Shown here: positions 47,764-60,700 of the stretch, one piece after another
Layout of the letters: each line of letters starts with the position of its first letter
Numbering within the stretch: the first letter of the stretch is position 1
Assembly: GCA_049647085.1 (NCBI GenBank)
Contig: JBARXA010000016.1
Span: 310,593 to 374,592 of the forward strand
Origin: Candidatus Humimicrobiia bacterium
GTDB lineage: Bacteria > Actinomycetota > Humimicrobiia > JAHJRV01
Length of the DNA: 64,000 bases
Reading direction: 5' to 3'
Position numbers and translations under genes: made by a program
The notes under the pieces: model-generated
Told to the model about the DNA's origin: nothing
The model's database searches: none
The model's input: the letters and a program-made list of their open reading frames with translations, nothing else

Positions 47764-50581
47764 TTAATAAATCCTTTAAATACATACCTGTATAAGATTT
47801 TTTATTTTTTGCAACTTCTTCTGGTGTACCTTCAGCTACTATCCATCCCCCTTCATCACCACCTTCTGGTCCAAGATCAATTATATAATCAGCTGTTTTT
47901 ATTACATCTAAATTATGTTCAATAACAATTACTGTATTTCCCTTATCAACTAATCTGTTTAATACTTTGAGTAGTTTCTTTATATCATCAAAATGAAGTC
48001 CTGTTGTTGGTTCATCCAATATATAAATAGTTCTACCTGTAGCAATTTTTGATAGTTCCTTAGAAATTTTTACTCTTTGAGCTTCTCCCCCTGAGAGTGT
48101 GGTAGCAGATTGACCCAATTTTATATATCCAAGACCAACATCATCAACTAATTGTAATTTTCTTTTTATTCTTGGAATGTTTTTAAAAAACTCTAATGCT
48201 TTTTTAACACTCATATCTAAAACTTCTGAAATATTTTTTCCTTTAAAAGTTACATCTAAAGTTTCATTATTGTACCTTTTTCCCTTACATACATCACAGG
48301 TTACATATATATCAGGCAGAAAATGCATCTCTATTTTAATATTCCCATCACCCCTGCATGCCTCACATCTTCCACCCTTTACATTAAAACTGAATCTACC
48401 TTTTTTATAACCTCTAATTTTTGCTTCTTGAGTCTCCGCAAAGACCTCTCTGATAGGAGTAAATACTCCTGTATATGTTGAAGGATTTGATCTTGGAGTT
48501 CTTCCAATTGGTGATTGGTCAATCTCAATTACTTTATCAATATTTTCTATACCTTTAATGTCTTTGTGCTTACCAGGTTTAAACTTTGACCTGCTATGTA
48601 ATCTATTCATTAGTGCTCTATATAAAATTTCATCAACTAATGTGCTTTTTCCTGAACCCGAAACTCCAGTTATACAAATAAATTTACCAAGTTTAAAAGA
48701 AACATCTATTTCTTTTAAATTATGTTCTTTTGCACCTAATATAACCAAATCTCCTTTATATTCAATTCTTCTCTTATTTGGAACATTGATCTTTTTCTTA
48801 CCACTTAAATACTGTCCAGTTATAGAGGTAGGTTCATTTTTAATATCTTCTATAGTTCCAAGTACAACAACATCCCCGCCACGCTCTCCAGCCCCAGGAC
48901 CTAAATCAACTATAAAATCTGCCTGGTTAATGGTTTCTCTATCATGTTCTATCACAATTAAAGTATTTCCTAAGTCTCTTAATCTTTTTAATGTTTCAAG
49001 AAGTCTCTTATTATCCCTGTTGTGAAGACCTATACTTGGTTCATCAAGAATATATAAAACCCCAATCAAACTTGTTCCAATTTGGGTAGCTAACCTTATT
49101 CTCTGAGCTTCCCCACCGGAAAGACTTCTTGTTTCTCTGTCAAGCGTTAGGTAGTTTAAACCCACATTTTCCATAAAGGCTAATCTTTCTTTTATTTCTT
49201 TTAATATTCTTCTTGCTATTATCTTTTCTTTATTTGTTAATTTAAGATTCTCAATAAAAGATTTGCACTTGGAAACACACATTTGGGTTAGTTCATAAAC
49301 ATTTTTTCCACCAACTGTTACTGCTAAGCTTTCAGGTCTAAGTCTTGCACCATTACATTCAGGACATGGGCTTATGCTCATATATTCTTCAATTTTTTCC
49401 CTACTATATTCAGACTTTGTCTCTGTGTATCTTCTTTCTAAATTATTAATTACACCTTCTACAGAAGTAGGCCATCTTACTACTGTTCCATTATATCTTT
49501 CATACTCAACAAGCACTCTTTCCCCTGGTAAACCATACAAAATTATATTTTGTATATTATTATCTAAATCACTAAATGGTGTTGAAAGACCAAAATTATA
49601 TTTTTTAGAAAGAGCCTTTATATACATTGGAAAAAAGGCTGATGAACTATCTCTCCATAATTTAATAGCTCCCTGTGATAAACTTAGATTTTTATCAGGT
49701 ACTACTAAATCTGGATCTATTTCTTGTTTAAAACCCAACCCATCACAATAAGTACAAGCACCAATAGGACTATTAAAAGAAAACATCCTTGGAGAAAGTT
49801 CCTCAAAGCTTATACCACAATCAAGACAAGCAAATTTTTGAGAAAATATCAAATTTTCTCCATCAATTATCTGAATATAGACTATCCCATCTGATTCCCT
49901 TAATGCTGTTTCAATCGAATCAGCGACTCTTTTTCTTATATTGGATTTAGACACCAATCTATCTATTACTATTTCAATATCATGTTTTTTATATTTTTCC
50001 AAAAGAATCTCATCTTCCAAACTTTTTAGCTCTCTATCCACTCTAACTCTTACATAACCCTTCCTTCTTATCTGATCAAATAGATTTTTATATTCCCCTT
50101 TTCGACCCTTAATTACTGGTGATAGAATCATATATTTTGTACCTTTAGAAAGTTTTAAAACCTTATCTATTATCTGTTGTGGTGATTGTTGAGATATTTC
50201 TTTCCCACATATATGACAATGAGGCTCTCCAATTCGAGCATAAAGTAATCTAATATAATCATATATTTCAGTTATAGTCCCCACAGTTGAACGAGGATTT
50301 TTAGTAGCACCTTTCTGGTCAATTGAAATAGCAGGAGAAAGACCTTCAATATAATCAACATCAGGTTTTTCCATCTGCTCAAGAAATTGTCTTGCGTAAG
50401 CAGAAAGAGATTCTACATACCTTCTCTGACCTTCAGCATAAATGGTGTCAAATGCAAGACTGGATTTACCAGAACCACTGATACCAGTTATTACAATCAT
50501 CTTATCTCTTGGAAGATCTAAATTTATATTTTTTAAATTGTGCTCACGAGCACCTCTTATAATAAGCTTCTTCTCTTTCAT
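47756..50581 (-). CDS. uvrA: excinuclease ABC subunit A
   Basis: 941 aa; tandem ABC ATPase modules, zinc-finger cysteines, [12 protein letters not shown]-terminus. Confidence 0.95.
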   Translation of the reverse strand: MKEKKLIIRGAREHNLKNINLDLPRDKMIVITGISGSGKSSLAFDTIYAEGQRRYVESLSAYARQFLEQMEKPDVDYIEGLSPAISIDQKGATKNPRSTVGTITEIYDYIRLLYARIGEPHCHICGKEISQQSPQQIIDKVLKLSKGTKYMILSPVIKGRKGEYKNLFDQIRRKGYVRVRVDRELKSLEDEILLEKYKKHDIEIVIDRLVSKSNIRKRVADSIETALRESDGIVYIQIIDGENLIFSQKFACLDCGISFEELSPRMFSFNSPIGACTYCDGLGFKQEIDPDLVVPDKNLSLSQGAIKLWRDSSSAFFPMYIKALSKKYNFGLSTPFSDLDNNIQNIILYGLPGERVLVEYERYNGTVVRWPTSVEGVINNLERRYTETKSEYSREKIEEYMSISPCPECNGARLRPESLAVTVGGKNVYELTQMCVSKCKSFIENLKLTNKEKIIARRILKEIKERLAFMENVGLNYLTLDRETRSLSGGEAQRIRLATQIGTSLIGVLYILDEPSIGLHNRDNKRLLETLKRLRDLGNTLIVIEHDRETINQADFIVDLGPGAGERGGDVVVLGTIEDIKNEPTSITGQYLSGKKKINVPNKRRIEYKGDLVILGAKEHNLKEIDVSFKLGKFICITGVSGSGKSTLVDEILYRALMNRLHSRSKFKPGKHKDIKGIENIDKVIEIDQSPIGRTPRSNPSTYTGVFTPIREVFAETQEAKIRGYKKGRFSFNVKGGRCEACRGDGNIKIEMHFLPDIYVTCDVCKGKRYNNETLDVTFKGKNISEVLDMSVKKALEFFKNIPRIKRKLQLVDDVGLGYIKLGQSATTLSGGEAQRVKISKELSKIATGRTIYILDEPTTGLHFDDIKKLLKVLNRLVDKGNTVIVIEHNLDVIKTADYIIDLGPEGGDEGGWIVAEGTPEEVAKNKKSYTGMYLKDLLNV

Positions 50582-52559
50582 ATCCTTTTATTTGTTTTTT
50601 TAATTCTTTTATTTGGTCTCTTAAAACTGCTGCGTATTCAAAATTTAATTCTTCAGCAGCAAGTTTCATTTCTTCTTCAAGTCCCAATATTATTTTTGGT
50701 ATTTCATCAGGTAATATTTTTCCTGGTTTCATTATTTTTTCTTTTATCATTATTTTTTCAGCTACCTTAGTTGCCATTAATATATCTGATATCTTCTTGT
50801 GAATTGTTTGAGGTTCTATATTATTCTCTTCATTAAATACTAATTGAATATCTCTTCTTCTGTTAGTTTCATCTATTGCTCTCTTCATTGACCTTGTTAT
50901 ATTATCAGCATACATTATAACTTTACCTCTGATATTTCTTGATGCTCTACCAATAGTTTGGATAAGTGATGTTTCTGATCTTAAAAATCCCTCTTTATCA
51001 GCGTCCAATATAGCAACAAGAGAAACCTCCGGAAGATCCAAGCCTTCTCTAAGAAGATTTATTCCAACTAATACATCAAAGTCTCCTTTTCTCAACTCTC
51101 TTATAATTTTTACCCTCTCTAAAGTACCTATTTCTGAATGAAGATATCTTGATTTAATACTCATATCAAGAAAATAATCAGTCAAATTTTCAGCCATTCT
51201 TTTTGTTAAAGTTGTAATTAAAACCCTCTCATTTTGTGTGGTTCTTTTCTTAATTTCCGTCATCAAATTATCAATTTGACCTGTTGTTTTTCTAACTTCA
51301 ACTTTCGGGTCAACAAGTCCTGTAGGTCTAATTATCTGCTCAACAACCTGACTACTATTTTCAATTTCAAAATCCCTAGGGGTTGCTGAAACAAATATTA
51401 CCTGGTTTATTGCATTTAAAAATTCTTTCATCCTTAAAGGACGATTATCAAGAGCTGATGGTAGTCTAAATCCATATTCAATAAGTGTTTCTTTCCGAGA
51501 CCTATCCCCATGATACATCCCATTTATCTGAGGAACTGCTATATGGGACTCATCAATAAATGTTATAAAATCATCCGGAAAATAATTTAGTAGTGTAGAT
51601 GGAGTAGCTCCTGGTTCTCTTCCTGAAAAATATCTTGAGTAATTCTCAATTCCTTTACAGTATCCGATTTCTTTTAACATCTCCAAATCATATTTTGTTC
51701 TCATCCTTAATCTCTGAACTTCAAGCAATTTATCCTGAGATTTTAATTCCTTTAATCTATCATCTAAATCCTTCTCAATTTCGAATAAAATCTCTTCCAT
51801 TCTTTTTGGTTCAATAACAAAATGAGTTGCTGGTGAAATCATAATAATTGCTATTTTTTCAATTATTTCGCCAGTTAAATAATTAAATTTACATATTTCC
51901 TTTATATCATCACCAAATAATTCAATTCTAATAGCATAATCATTATAGGGTGGGAATATATCTACTATATCTCCTTTTACTCTGAATGTCCCAGGACTAA
52001 AGTCAATATCGTTTCTTTGATACTTTATTTTGACAAGTTTTAATAATATTTCATCCCTTTCATATTTTTCACCCTTAGATAAAATAAGAGTTTTCTCCTT
52101 ATATAGAGATGGTGAACCTAAGTTAAATATACATGAAACACTTGCTACAATAATTACATCTCTTCTTGTAAGTAATGCATTTGTTGATGAAAGTCTAAGT
52201 CTTTCCAATTGCTCATTTATAGATGCGTCTTTCTCAATGTAAGTATCTGTAGTTGGCACATAAGCCTCAGGTTGATAATAATCATAGTAACTAACAAAAT
52301 AATGAACTGAATTTTTGGGGAAAAATTCTTTAAATTCATTACAGAGTTGAGCAGCCAATGTTTTATTAGGAGACATTACCAAGACAGGTCTATTTACACT
52401 GTTTATTATCTGAGCCATTGTATAAGTCTTTCCAGACCCGGTAACTCCAAGTAAGGTTTGAAATCTATCACCTTTATATAAGCCTTCAACAAGCTTATTT
52501 ATTGCTGTAGGTTGATCTCCTTGAGGCTTGTAATTTGATATTAATTCAAAGTCTGACAT
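50544..52559 (-). CDS. uvrB: excinuclease ABC subunit B
   Basis: 671 aa; helicase motifs (GVTGSGKT), C-terminal UVR domain; overlaps uvrA by 38 nt. Confidence 0.95.
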   Translation of the reverse strand: MSDFELISNYKPQGDQPTAINKLVEGLYKGDRFQTLLGVTGSGKTYTMAQIINSVNRPVLVMSPNKTLAAQLCNEFKEFFPKNSVHYFVSYYDYYQPEAYVPTTDTYIEKDASINEQLERLRLSSTNALLTRRDVIIVASVSCIFNLGSPSLYKEKTLILSKGEKYERDEILLKLVKIKYQRNDIDFSPGTFRVKGDIVDIFPPYNDYAIRIELFGDDIKEICKFNYLTGEIIEKIAIIMISPATHFVIEPKRMEEILFEIEKDLDDRLKELKSQDKLLEVQRLRMRTKYDLEMLKEIGYCKGIENYSRYFSGREPGATPSTLLNYFPDDFITFIDESHIAVPQINGMYHGDRSRKETLIEYGFRLPSALDNRPLRMKEFLNAINQVIFVSATPRDFEIENSSQVVEQIIRPTGLVDPKVEVRKTTGQIDNLMTEIKKRTTQNERVLITTLTKRMAENLTDYFLDMSIKSRYLHSEIGTLERVKIIRELRKGDFDVLVGINLLREGLDLPEVSLVAILDADKEGFLRSETSLIQTIGRASRNIRGKVIMYADNITRSMKRAIDETNRRRDIQLVFNEENNIEPQTIHKKISDILMATKVAEKIMIKEKIMKPGKILPDEIPKIILGLEEEMKLAAEELNFEYAAVLRDQIKELKKQIKGYEREEAYYKRCS

Positions 52560-52588
52560 TTTAAAAAATTAGATATATTATTATAAGA

Positions 52589-53239
52589 TTATGTTTTAGA
52601 TTGGATAAGTCTACAAAATATTCCTATTTTTCTTCTTAAATCATTTATACCTTTATCATTGTTTATAATATGATGTACTTTATCCTTTGGAATAATTAAA
52701 TTTTGCCCTTCTACTCTTAATTTAGCTTCTTCTCTTGACAAATTCATTTTAGATATTACTCTTTCTATTCTTAAATCCATTGGACAGGTTACATATAAGA
52801 TTTCATCACATCTATTATATAAATTAGTTCTAAAAAGAAGTGGGGCTTCTATTACAACAATTCTTTCACCTTCTTTTTGAGTTCTTTTAATCTTCTTGCT
52901 TGTTGGTTTTGAAGTTTCTTCCAACTTTTCTTTTTTATAAAGAATTTTTTCAATTTCTTTCACTATTTGAGGAAGCATTATCTCATTTAATTTCTCCAAT
53001 TTATTCCTATTTGAAAAAACAATATTTGCTAACTTTTTTCTGTTTAATCTTCCATTTCTGTAAAGTATTTTCTTACCAAAGAATTTAACTAATTCTGATT
53101 TAGTAGCAGATTTTGAGGAGACAGTCTTTGCAATATCATCAGAATATATAACATCTGCTCCTAAATCTTCTAACATTTTAGCAACTGTAGTTTTTCCTGT
53201 TCCAATTTCCCCAACCAAACACATAAGTTTCATATTCAT
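52589..53239 (-). CDS. coaE: dephospho-CoA kinase
   Basis: P-loop GEIGTGKTT near the N-terminus, typical CoaE length with a short Lys-rich insertion. Confidence 0.75.
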   Translation of the reverse strand: MNMKLMCLVGEIGTGKTTVAKMLEDLGADVIYSDDIAKTVSSKSATKSELVKFFGKKILYRNGRLNRKKLANIVFSNRNKLEKLNEIMLPQIVKEIEKILYKKEKLEETSKPTSKKIKRTQKEGERIVVIEAPLLFRTNLYNRCDEILYVTCPMDLRIERVISKMNLSREEAKLRVEGQNLIIPKDKVHHIINNDKGINDLRRKIGIFCRLIQSKT

Positions 53240-53295
53240 CCTTAAAATTACATATTTTTATATTTCATTTTAAATTTTAAACCTCTTTGAATTTA

Positions 53296-53333
53296 AGAGC
53301 AAATTAAATATGCTCTGGAATAATACCAGAGCA
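53296..53333 (-). terminator. intrinsic terminator downstream of rpsA
   Basis: 9-bp perfect stem AUGCUCUGG / CCAGAGCAU with a 7-nt loop, followed on the minus strand by AUUUAAUUUGCUC. Confidence 0.5.
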
Positions 53334-53418
53334 TACAATTTATAAATTCAGCTAATTTAATTTTATTATATTTATGTCAAGATATTAGATTTTGTTATTT
53401 ATCTATTAAAATTTATAA

Positions 53419-54765
53419 TTATTTATCTTTTATTTCTCCTGATTTATCTTCTTTAGCTTTTTTCTCTTCTTTTACTGATTTATCTTCTTTAGTATATTCT
53501 ACTTCTTCTTCATCTCTTATTTTTTCTTTATGATGTTTAGCTTTTTCTTTAATCTTTTCTTTCTCTTCAGTTAGTTTAATTTCTTCTTCAACTTTTATTT
53601 CCTTTTCAATAGGTCTGGCTATTGGTTTGGGTTCCTCACCCTCTTTTTTCTCTCTTGGAGCCTGCCTTATACTCAAACCAATTCTTCTTTTATCAAAATC
53701 TATATCGATAATTTTTACTTTTATTTTATCGTCAATATTTACAACTTCTTCTGGTTTTTCTACACTATAAACAGCAATTTCTGAGATATGAACCAATCCC
53801 TCAATTCCATCTTCAATCTGCACAAATGCTCCAAATGGTACTATTTTTATAACCTTTCCATCAACCACATCACCGATAGCATATTTTTTTGTTAATTCCA
53901 TCCAGGGATCAATCTGTGTTTGTTTAAGTCCCAAAGCTACTCTCTTTTTCTCCTTGTCTACTTCCAAAATGACGACTTCAACTTCATCTCCGATCTTTAC
54001 TATCTCAGATGGATGGTTCACATGTCCCCATGAAAGTTCTGAAATATGTATTAAACCATCGACTCCGCCTAAATCAACAAACGCTCCAAAATCCAAAATA
54101 TTAGAAATTACTCCTTTTTTAACTTGACCTACCTTCACGTTCTTAATAAAGGTATCTCTTAATTTCTTTTTTTCAATTTCAAGATAGGCTTTTCTAGAAA
54201 TGATAACATTATTTTTTTGCCTGTCAATATTAATCACTTTACATATAACTTCTTTGTTTAAATATGCATTAAAATCTGTTACCTTTTTTAAATCAATCAA
54301 AGAACCTGGAAGGAAGGCTCTCATACCAATATCCACAATCAATCCACCTCTTACTAAATCTATAACCACTCCTTTAATTAACTTGTCTTCTCTATAAGCT
54401 TCTTCTATCTTCTCCAGAGCTCTTTGAGTTTCTGCTCTTTTTTTTGAAAGGATTAATCTTCCATCTTGATCTTCCTTTTGAAGAACTAATACTTCAATCT
54501 CATCATTTACACTTATAATTTCATGAGGTTCCAAATCATATCTTACTGATAACTCCCTTGGCGGGATAACTCCTTCAGATTTATACCCAACATCAACTAA
54601 AACTTCATCTTTATTAACTTTCACAACTGTCCCTTTTACAATATCTCCCTCTTCAAAAGATACTATTGTTATTTCATAGTTTGGTACAATTTCACCTTTC
54701 TCATTAACAGTCAAATACTGTTTTTCTTCCTCAGATAAGTTATTTAATATTTTATTTTTCTCCAC
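53419..54765 (-). CDS. rpsA: 30S ribosomal protein S1 with Lys/Glu-rich C-terminal tail
   Basis: 448 aa; four S1 (OB-fold) repeats, then about 80 aa of KE-rich low-complexity sequence. Confidence 0.8.
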   Translation of the reverse strand: MEKNKILNNLSEEEKQYLTVNEKGEIVPNYEITIVSFEEGDIVKGTVVKVNKDEVLVDVGYKSEGVIPPRELSVRYDLEPHEIISVNDEIEVLVLQKEDQDGRLILSKKRAETQRALEKIEEAYREDKLIKGVVIDLVRGGLIVDIGMRAFLPGSLIDLKKVTDFNAYLNKEVICKVINIDRQKNNVIISRKAYLEIEKKKLRDTFIKNVKVGQVKKGVISNILDFGAFVDLGGVDGLIHISELSWGHVNHPSEIVKIGDEVEVVILEVDKEKKRVALGLKQTQIDPWMELTKKYAIGDVVDGKVIKIVPFGAFVQIEDGIEGLVHISEIAVYSVEKPEEVVNIDDKIKVKIIDIDFDKRRIGLSIRQAPREKKEGEEPKPIARPIEKEIKVEEEIKLTEEKEKIKEKAKHHKEKIRDEEEVEYTKEDKSVKEEKKAKEDKSGEIKDK

Positions 54766-54886
54766 TAATAATTCCTCCTAAAAAAATTTTCTATAATATA
54801 CTACTAACTATAAAAAAAATGCAAGTATTATTGCAATTTTTTATATAAAAAATATTATATTTTGCAGGTAATTATATAATAAAAAT

Positions 54887-57559
54887 CTACATATACCAGT
54901 TAGTTCCAATTTTTATATCTACTTTTAGCCTTACTTTAAGCGGGTAAGCATTTTCCATTCTCTCTCTTATAACATTTATAATTTCTTCCTTTTCATCAGT
55001 TGGTACTTCTAATAGAAGTTCATCATGAACTTGCAATACTATTTTTGATTTATAATTTTTATTTAATATTTCTTTATATATATCTATCATAGCTATCTTT
55101 ATAATATCTGCAGCACTACCCTGAATTGGTGTATTAATGGCAAACCTCTCTCCAAGCTGCCTAATTTTGGGATTTCTTGATTTCAATTCTGGAATGTATC
55201 TCCGCCTACCTAAAATTGTTGTAACATATCCTTTATTTAATGCTTCCTCAATAATATCATCTATATATTCTTTAACTTGTGGATATTGATCAAAATATTG
55301 CTCTATATAATTTTCTGCTTCATCCTCCAAAATGTTAAGTCTTTTAGCTAAACCAAATTTTGTCATACCATAAATTATTCCAAAATTTATTGCTTTTGCT
55401 GACCTTCTTAGTGTAGGAGTAACCTCATCCATTTTTACATTAAAAAGTTGAGAAGCAGTAAGTCTGTGAAAATCAACATCTCTTTCAAAAGAATTAATTA
55501 GATTTTCATCTTCAGATAAATGAGCAAGAATTCGAAGTTCAACCTGTGAATAGTCGGCTTCCAATAAAATATGATTCTCGTTAACTATAAATGCTTTTCT
55601 TGTCTCCCTACCCAGGTCAGTTCTTATAGGGATATTTTGAAGATTGGGATCGCTGCTTGATAATCTACCAGTAACAGTACCAGTCTGATGAAACGTTGTA
55701 TGAATTCTTCCATCAAGACCACTAACCAATGAAGGTAAGGCATCTATATATGTTGATTTCAATTTTGATAATTCCCTGTAATCTATTATTTCTCTTATTA
55801 TTGGGTGTTTATCCTCCAATTTTTTTAAAATTGAAAAACCTGTTGCATAACCAGTTTTTGTTTTTTTAAATGGTGTGAGCTTTAGTTTTTCAAAGAGAAT
55901 TTTTCCCAATTGTTGAGGAGAATTTATATTAAAATTTTGACCAGCAAGCTTATAAATTTTTCCAGTAACTTTTGATATTTTTTCCTGGTAACTATTTGTT
56001 AACTTATTTAGATAACTAACATCTACCTTAATACCCCATAATTCCAACCTTGCCAAAACCTCTATCAGTGGAATTTCAACTTTATAAAAAAGTTTCTCAA
56101 TATCTTGAGAAATAAGTGCAGTTTCTAATATTTTTTTTAAAGCAAGTAATACACTTGTTCTTCTTCCCTCTACCTCCGACATCTTTTGAATCCAATCTTT
56201 ATCCTGAATTAATCCTAACTGACCAGAAGTTTCTGCTCTTTCAAAATCAGATGCAATATAACCGAAATATTTTTGAATAATTTCTGAAAGTTTATGCTCT
56301 CTAAAATGAGGATTTAATAGATAAGATGCAATATAACTATCAAAAATGAGTCCTTGTAGCCTAATACCTTTTTTAAATAGTATCTTTAATTGGTACTTGG
56401 CATTATGCATTATTTTTTTAATATTTTTATTTATTAAAATCGGTTTTAATAAATTAAAAAATCTATCCTCTTTTTCCTTACTATCAATATGAATATAAAA
56501 GGATACATCTGGTTTAATAGAGATAGCTATTCCAGTACAATCATTATTACTACCTAAAAATTGAATTGAAATTTCTTTTAAATTTTTTATCTTCTCAATT
56601 AAATTTATAAGCTCGCCTTCCTCAACTATAAGTTTAGTTCTACTTTGAAACTTATTTTCATCCTTTAATGATTTTTCCATTAAATTCATTTTTTTAATTT
56701 TCTCCCACAATTTTCTAAACTCAAGATACTCAAAAAGCTCATAAACTTTTTTTTCATCAAATTTTTTTAATTTGCATTTTTCAATATCTATTCTAATAGG
56801 GCTATTACAATCTATTGTTGCTAAATTCTTACTTAAGATAGCCATTTCAGAATCTTGTTTTAGTTTTTCTTTAATTTTCTCAGCGGGTATTTCATCTACT
56901 CTATCTAATATCTGCTCTAAAAAACCAAATTCATTTATAAGTTTAGCTGCACTCTTTTTTCCAATACCAGAGATACCTGGAATGTTATCTATTTTGTCAC
57001 CAATCAAACCAAAATAATCTGCAATATAGTTTGGACCTATACCATATTTATCAATTACTTCCTCAGGACCGTAAATATTAACATCTGAAATTCCCTTTAC
57101 AGTAAATATTACCTTTACATTCTCAGATACTAATTGAAGTGCATCTTTATCTCCAGTTACTATTAAAACCTCGATTCCTTTATCCTTAGCTTGTGTAGTT
57201 AAAGTACCAAGTAAATCATCTGCTTCATAACCCTCTACTTGATATTTAGGAATATTGAAAACGTCCAATACTCTATATATTAAATTAAACTGACTTGCCA
57301 AATCCTCTGGCATTTTTTCCCTATCAGATTTATAGTCTTTAAATATCTTATGTCTGAATGTTGGTTTTTTACTATCAAAAGCAACTGCCAACATAGTAGG
57401 TTTATTATCATTTATTATTTTAAGTAACATATTTGTAAAACCATAAACTGAATTAGTTATAATACCAGATATTGTCATAATACTATCAGGAAGGGCAAAA
57501 AAGGCTCTGTATGCTAAACTATTTCCATCTATAATTATAAATTTATCTTTCTTTTTCAT
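54887..57559 (-). CDS. polA: DNA polymerase I
   Basis: 890 aa; 5'-3' exonuclease N-terminus (IIDGNSLAYRAFFA), polymerase motifs A (DYSQVELRILAH) and B (RRSAKAINFGIIYG). Confidence 0.95.
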   Translation of the reverse strand: MKKKDKFIIIDGNSLAYRAFFALPDSIMTISGIITNSVYGFTNMLLKIINDNKPTMLAVAFDSKKPTFRHKIFKDYKSDREKMPEDLASQFNLIYRVLDVFNIPKYQVEGYEADDLLGTLTTQAKDKGIEVLIVTGDKDALQLVSENVKVIFTVKGISDVNIYGPEEVIDKYGIGPNYIADYFGLIGDKIDNIPGISGIGKKSAAKLINEFGFLEQILDRVDEIPAEKIKEKLKQDSEMAILSKNLATIDCNSPIRIDIEKCKLKKFDEKKVYELFEYLEFRKLWEKIKKMNLMEKSLKDENKFQSRTKLIVEEGELINLIEKIKNLKEISIQFLGSNNDCTGIAISIKPDVSFYIHIDSKEKEDRFFNLLKPILINKNIKKIMHNAKYQLKILFKKGIRLQGLIFDSYIASYLLNPHFREHKLSEIIQKYFGYIASDFERAETSGQLGLIQDKDWIQKMSEVEGRRTSVLLALKKILETALISQDIEKLFYKVEIPLIEVLARLELWGIKVDVSYLNKLTNSYQEKISKVTGKIYKLAGQNFNINSPQQLGKILFEKLKLTPFKKTKTGYATGFSILKKLEDKHPIIREIIDYRELSKLKSTYIDALPSLVSGLDGRIHTTFHQTGTVTGRLSSSDPNLQNIPIRTDLGRETRKAFIVNENHILLEADYSQVELRILAHLSEDENLINSFERDVDFHRLTASQLFNVKMDEVTPTLRRSAKAINFGIIYGMTKFGLAKRLNILEDEAENYIEQYFDQYPQVKEYIDDIIEEALNKGYVTTILGRRRYIPELKSRNPKIRQLGERFAINTPIQGSAADIIKIAMIDIYKEILNKNYKSKIVLQVHDELLLEVPTDEKEEIINVIRERMENAYPLKVRLKVDIKIGTNWYM

Positions 57560-57631
57560 AAATGTAAAAATAATTGCTTGATAATTGTTTATCTACTGTA
57601 TAAAATTTAATTAATATAAAAAATTAATAAT

Positions 57632-57720
57632 GCCGAAGTGGCGGAATTGGTAGACGCGCTGGATTCAAAATCCAGTGAGTTTTAATACTCATGTGGGTTC
57701 GATTCCCACCTTCGGCACCA
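57632..57720 (+). tRNA. tRNA-Leu (CAA)
   Basis: 89 nt: acceptor GCCGAAG, anticodon stem CUGGA/UCCAG with loop UUCAAAA, long variable arm, CCA encoded. Confidence 0.9.
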
Positions 57721-57779
57721 AGGTCAAACTTTTTTAGTGATACGAAGCACCACCCACCAATATTAACTTTGGTTCCATT

Positions 57780-60700
57780 TTAGCTTTCCATTTTAACAGT
57801 TCCCTTTTCACCCAAAAAGTTATTAATTTCATCTAAAAATTCTTCTGATTGAGTTACACTTAGAGAACTACCTAATTTAAAGGTTTTTAAAGATTTATCA
57901 GATTTTAATTTGATGATAACATTAGATGGACCTGGGTTATTTAATAGAATCCTTCTAAGCCTGTGCAAAAAATGATCATTTATACTATTTAAATCCAACT
58001 CTATAACCAAATTTGGTTTAACCTTTTTAGATGCAGGTTTCTTATGTTTTAACTCTATTTCTTCAATTTCACTTGCTATCAACTTCGCTTGGTCCTCTTT
58101 TATATCAACTCTACCCTTGATTCCTATTATCACATCTTCTATAAGAAATTCATGAAATTTTTTAAGTACAGAGGGAAAAATTATAACTTCTATAGAGTTG
58201 CTAATATCTTCTAAGGTTAGAAAAAGCATTATTTCTCCTTTTTTAGTTGTAATTCTCTTAATCTTAGAAACAACTCCTGCAATTTTTATTAAGCTTTTAT
58301 CTGTAAACTTTTTAATTTCACTAATCTGACAATCACTGTATTTATCCAATTGATGCTCATAACCAATTAATGGATGGTCTGAAACATATAATCCCAACAT
58401 CTCTTTCTCGTATGCTAACAACTTCTTCCGAGAAAATTCTGTTCTTTTCTCAGGTAAAGCTGTAATTAGTGCATCCTTAAGAGTTGTGTCAGCATCAAAA
58501 AGAGAAAATTGACCTATTTCTTTATTACTTCTTATAGTAAGGACATGAGAGACAATTCTTTTATAATTTTTTATAAGTGATTGTCTTGTTAGTCCCAACG
58601 AGTCAAATGCTCCAGCCTTTATCAGGCTTTCTAATGTCTTTTTATTTAAGACAACAGGATCCACCATACTACAAAAATCTACAAATGATTTAAACTTTCC
58701 TTTATCTTTTCTATTAGATACTATATTTTGAATAACATTATCTCCCACATTTTTTACTGCAGATAATCCAAACCTTATTTTATTTCCCACCACTGTGAAG
58801 TTAGAAAAGCTTTCATTAACATCAGGGGGTAATATTTTAATTCCAAGTCTTCTACATTCATTTACATACCGGGCTACTTTTTCCTGATCTTCCATCCTGA
58901 CAGTAAGTAATGCAGCCATAAATACAACAGGGAAATTTGCTTTTAGATATGCAGTTTGATAGGAGATTAAAGCATAAGCAGCAGAGTGTGATTTATTAAA
59001 CCCATACTCCGCAAATAATAGTAACAAATCAAAAATTTTCTGAGCTGCTCCCCTGTTTATCCCATTTTTCAAAGCTCCATCAAGGAATTTATCTCTCTGT
59101 TTGGATAATACTCTTCTCTTCTTTTTACTTATAGCACCTCTTAAAATATCAGCTTCTGCCATGGTAAAATTTGCCATTTTTGATGCAATTTCCATAACCT
59201 GTTCCTGATAAACAATAATTCCGTAAGTTGTATCCAGGATAGATTCTAATGATGGGTGTGAGTATCTTATTTTTGTTTTTCCCTTTTTTGCTTCTACAAA
59301 ATCTTTAACCATTCCACTTTGCAGTGGACCAGGTCTATAAAGTGCAAGTAATGCAATCAGGTCTTCAATGCAATTTGGCTGTAAATCTATCATCAGATTT
59401 CTCATTCCTGAACTTTCAAGCTGAAAAATACCAATCGTTTCTCCATGACTTATCATTGAAAATGTCTTTTTATCCTGTAAATCAATCTCATTTAAGTTAA
59501 TTTCTATCTCATTGGTATGCTTTATTATTTCAAGGGTTTTGTCAATAAGGGTTAAAGTTTTTAGTCCTAAAAAATCCATCTTTAAAAGTCCAATTCTTTG
59601 CACATCATCCATTTTATATTGAGTAACAACTTCACCATTTCCTTTTCTTTGTAAAGGAGTGTACTCAGTCAAATCCTCGTCAGATATAACAACACCAGCT
59701 GCATGAATAGAATCCTGTCTTGAAAGTCCCTCTAAAGCCATGGCTGTATCCAGTATCTTCTTAACTTCCTCATCTTTTTGATAAAAATCTCTTAATTCTG
59801 GAACAGTATTAATAGATTTATCAATAGTTATTCCTATTCCCACAGGAATCATCTTTGCTACTTTATCAACCTTTCCATATGGAACACCAAAAACTCTACC
59901 TGCATCACGAGTTGCTGCTCTTGCAGCCATTGTCCCAAAAGTTATAAGCTGAGCTACTTTATTTCTTCCATACTTGCTAACAACATAATCAATGACTTCA
60001 TTTCTTCTTTCATAACAGAAATCTATGTCAATATCCGGAAGACTTTTTCTATGCGGATTCAAGAATCGCTCAAAAAGCAGACCGTATTCTATTGGATCAA
60101 TATCAGTTATTCCAAGACAGTATGAAACTATACTTCCAGCTGCTGACCCTCTCCCAGGTCCTACTCTTATACCACTTCTTTTAGCGTAGTTTACAAAGTC
60201 CCAAACAATTAAAAAATATCCAGAATATCCCATATCTTTTATAACAATAAGTTCTCGTTCCAATCTATCTTTTATCTCATCTGTGGGATCAGAATATCTC
60301 TTATTAAATCCTTCTCTGCAGATTTCTTCCAGGTAACTATCTAAATTATAATTTTCTGGAACTTTATAGGCTGGTAGTAAATCTAAATTTAATGGTATTT
60401 CTAAATTACATTTTTCTGAAATTTCTATGCTATTTTTTAGAACCTCGGGAATATCTTTGAAAATATCAAACATTTCCTCTTTGGATTTAAAATAAAATTC
60501 AGGAGTGGAAAAACGAAGTCTTTCTTTATCATCTAAAGTAGTTCTTGTTTGAATACAGAGTAAAACATCATGAGCAGTATGGTTTTCTTTATTTAGGTAG
60601 TGAGCATCATTGGTTGCCACTAAAGGAATATTTAATTTCTCTGACATTTTAATTAATTTTGGGTTTAAAATCTTTTGTTCTTCTAAACCTTGATCCTGAA

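Noticed and set aside
48558-49751. Plus-strand ORFs of 155 and 125 aa inside uvrA
   Set aside because: Antisense to a highly conserved gene; no start context; low-complexity translations.
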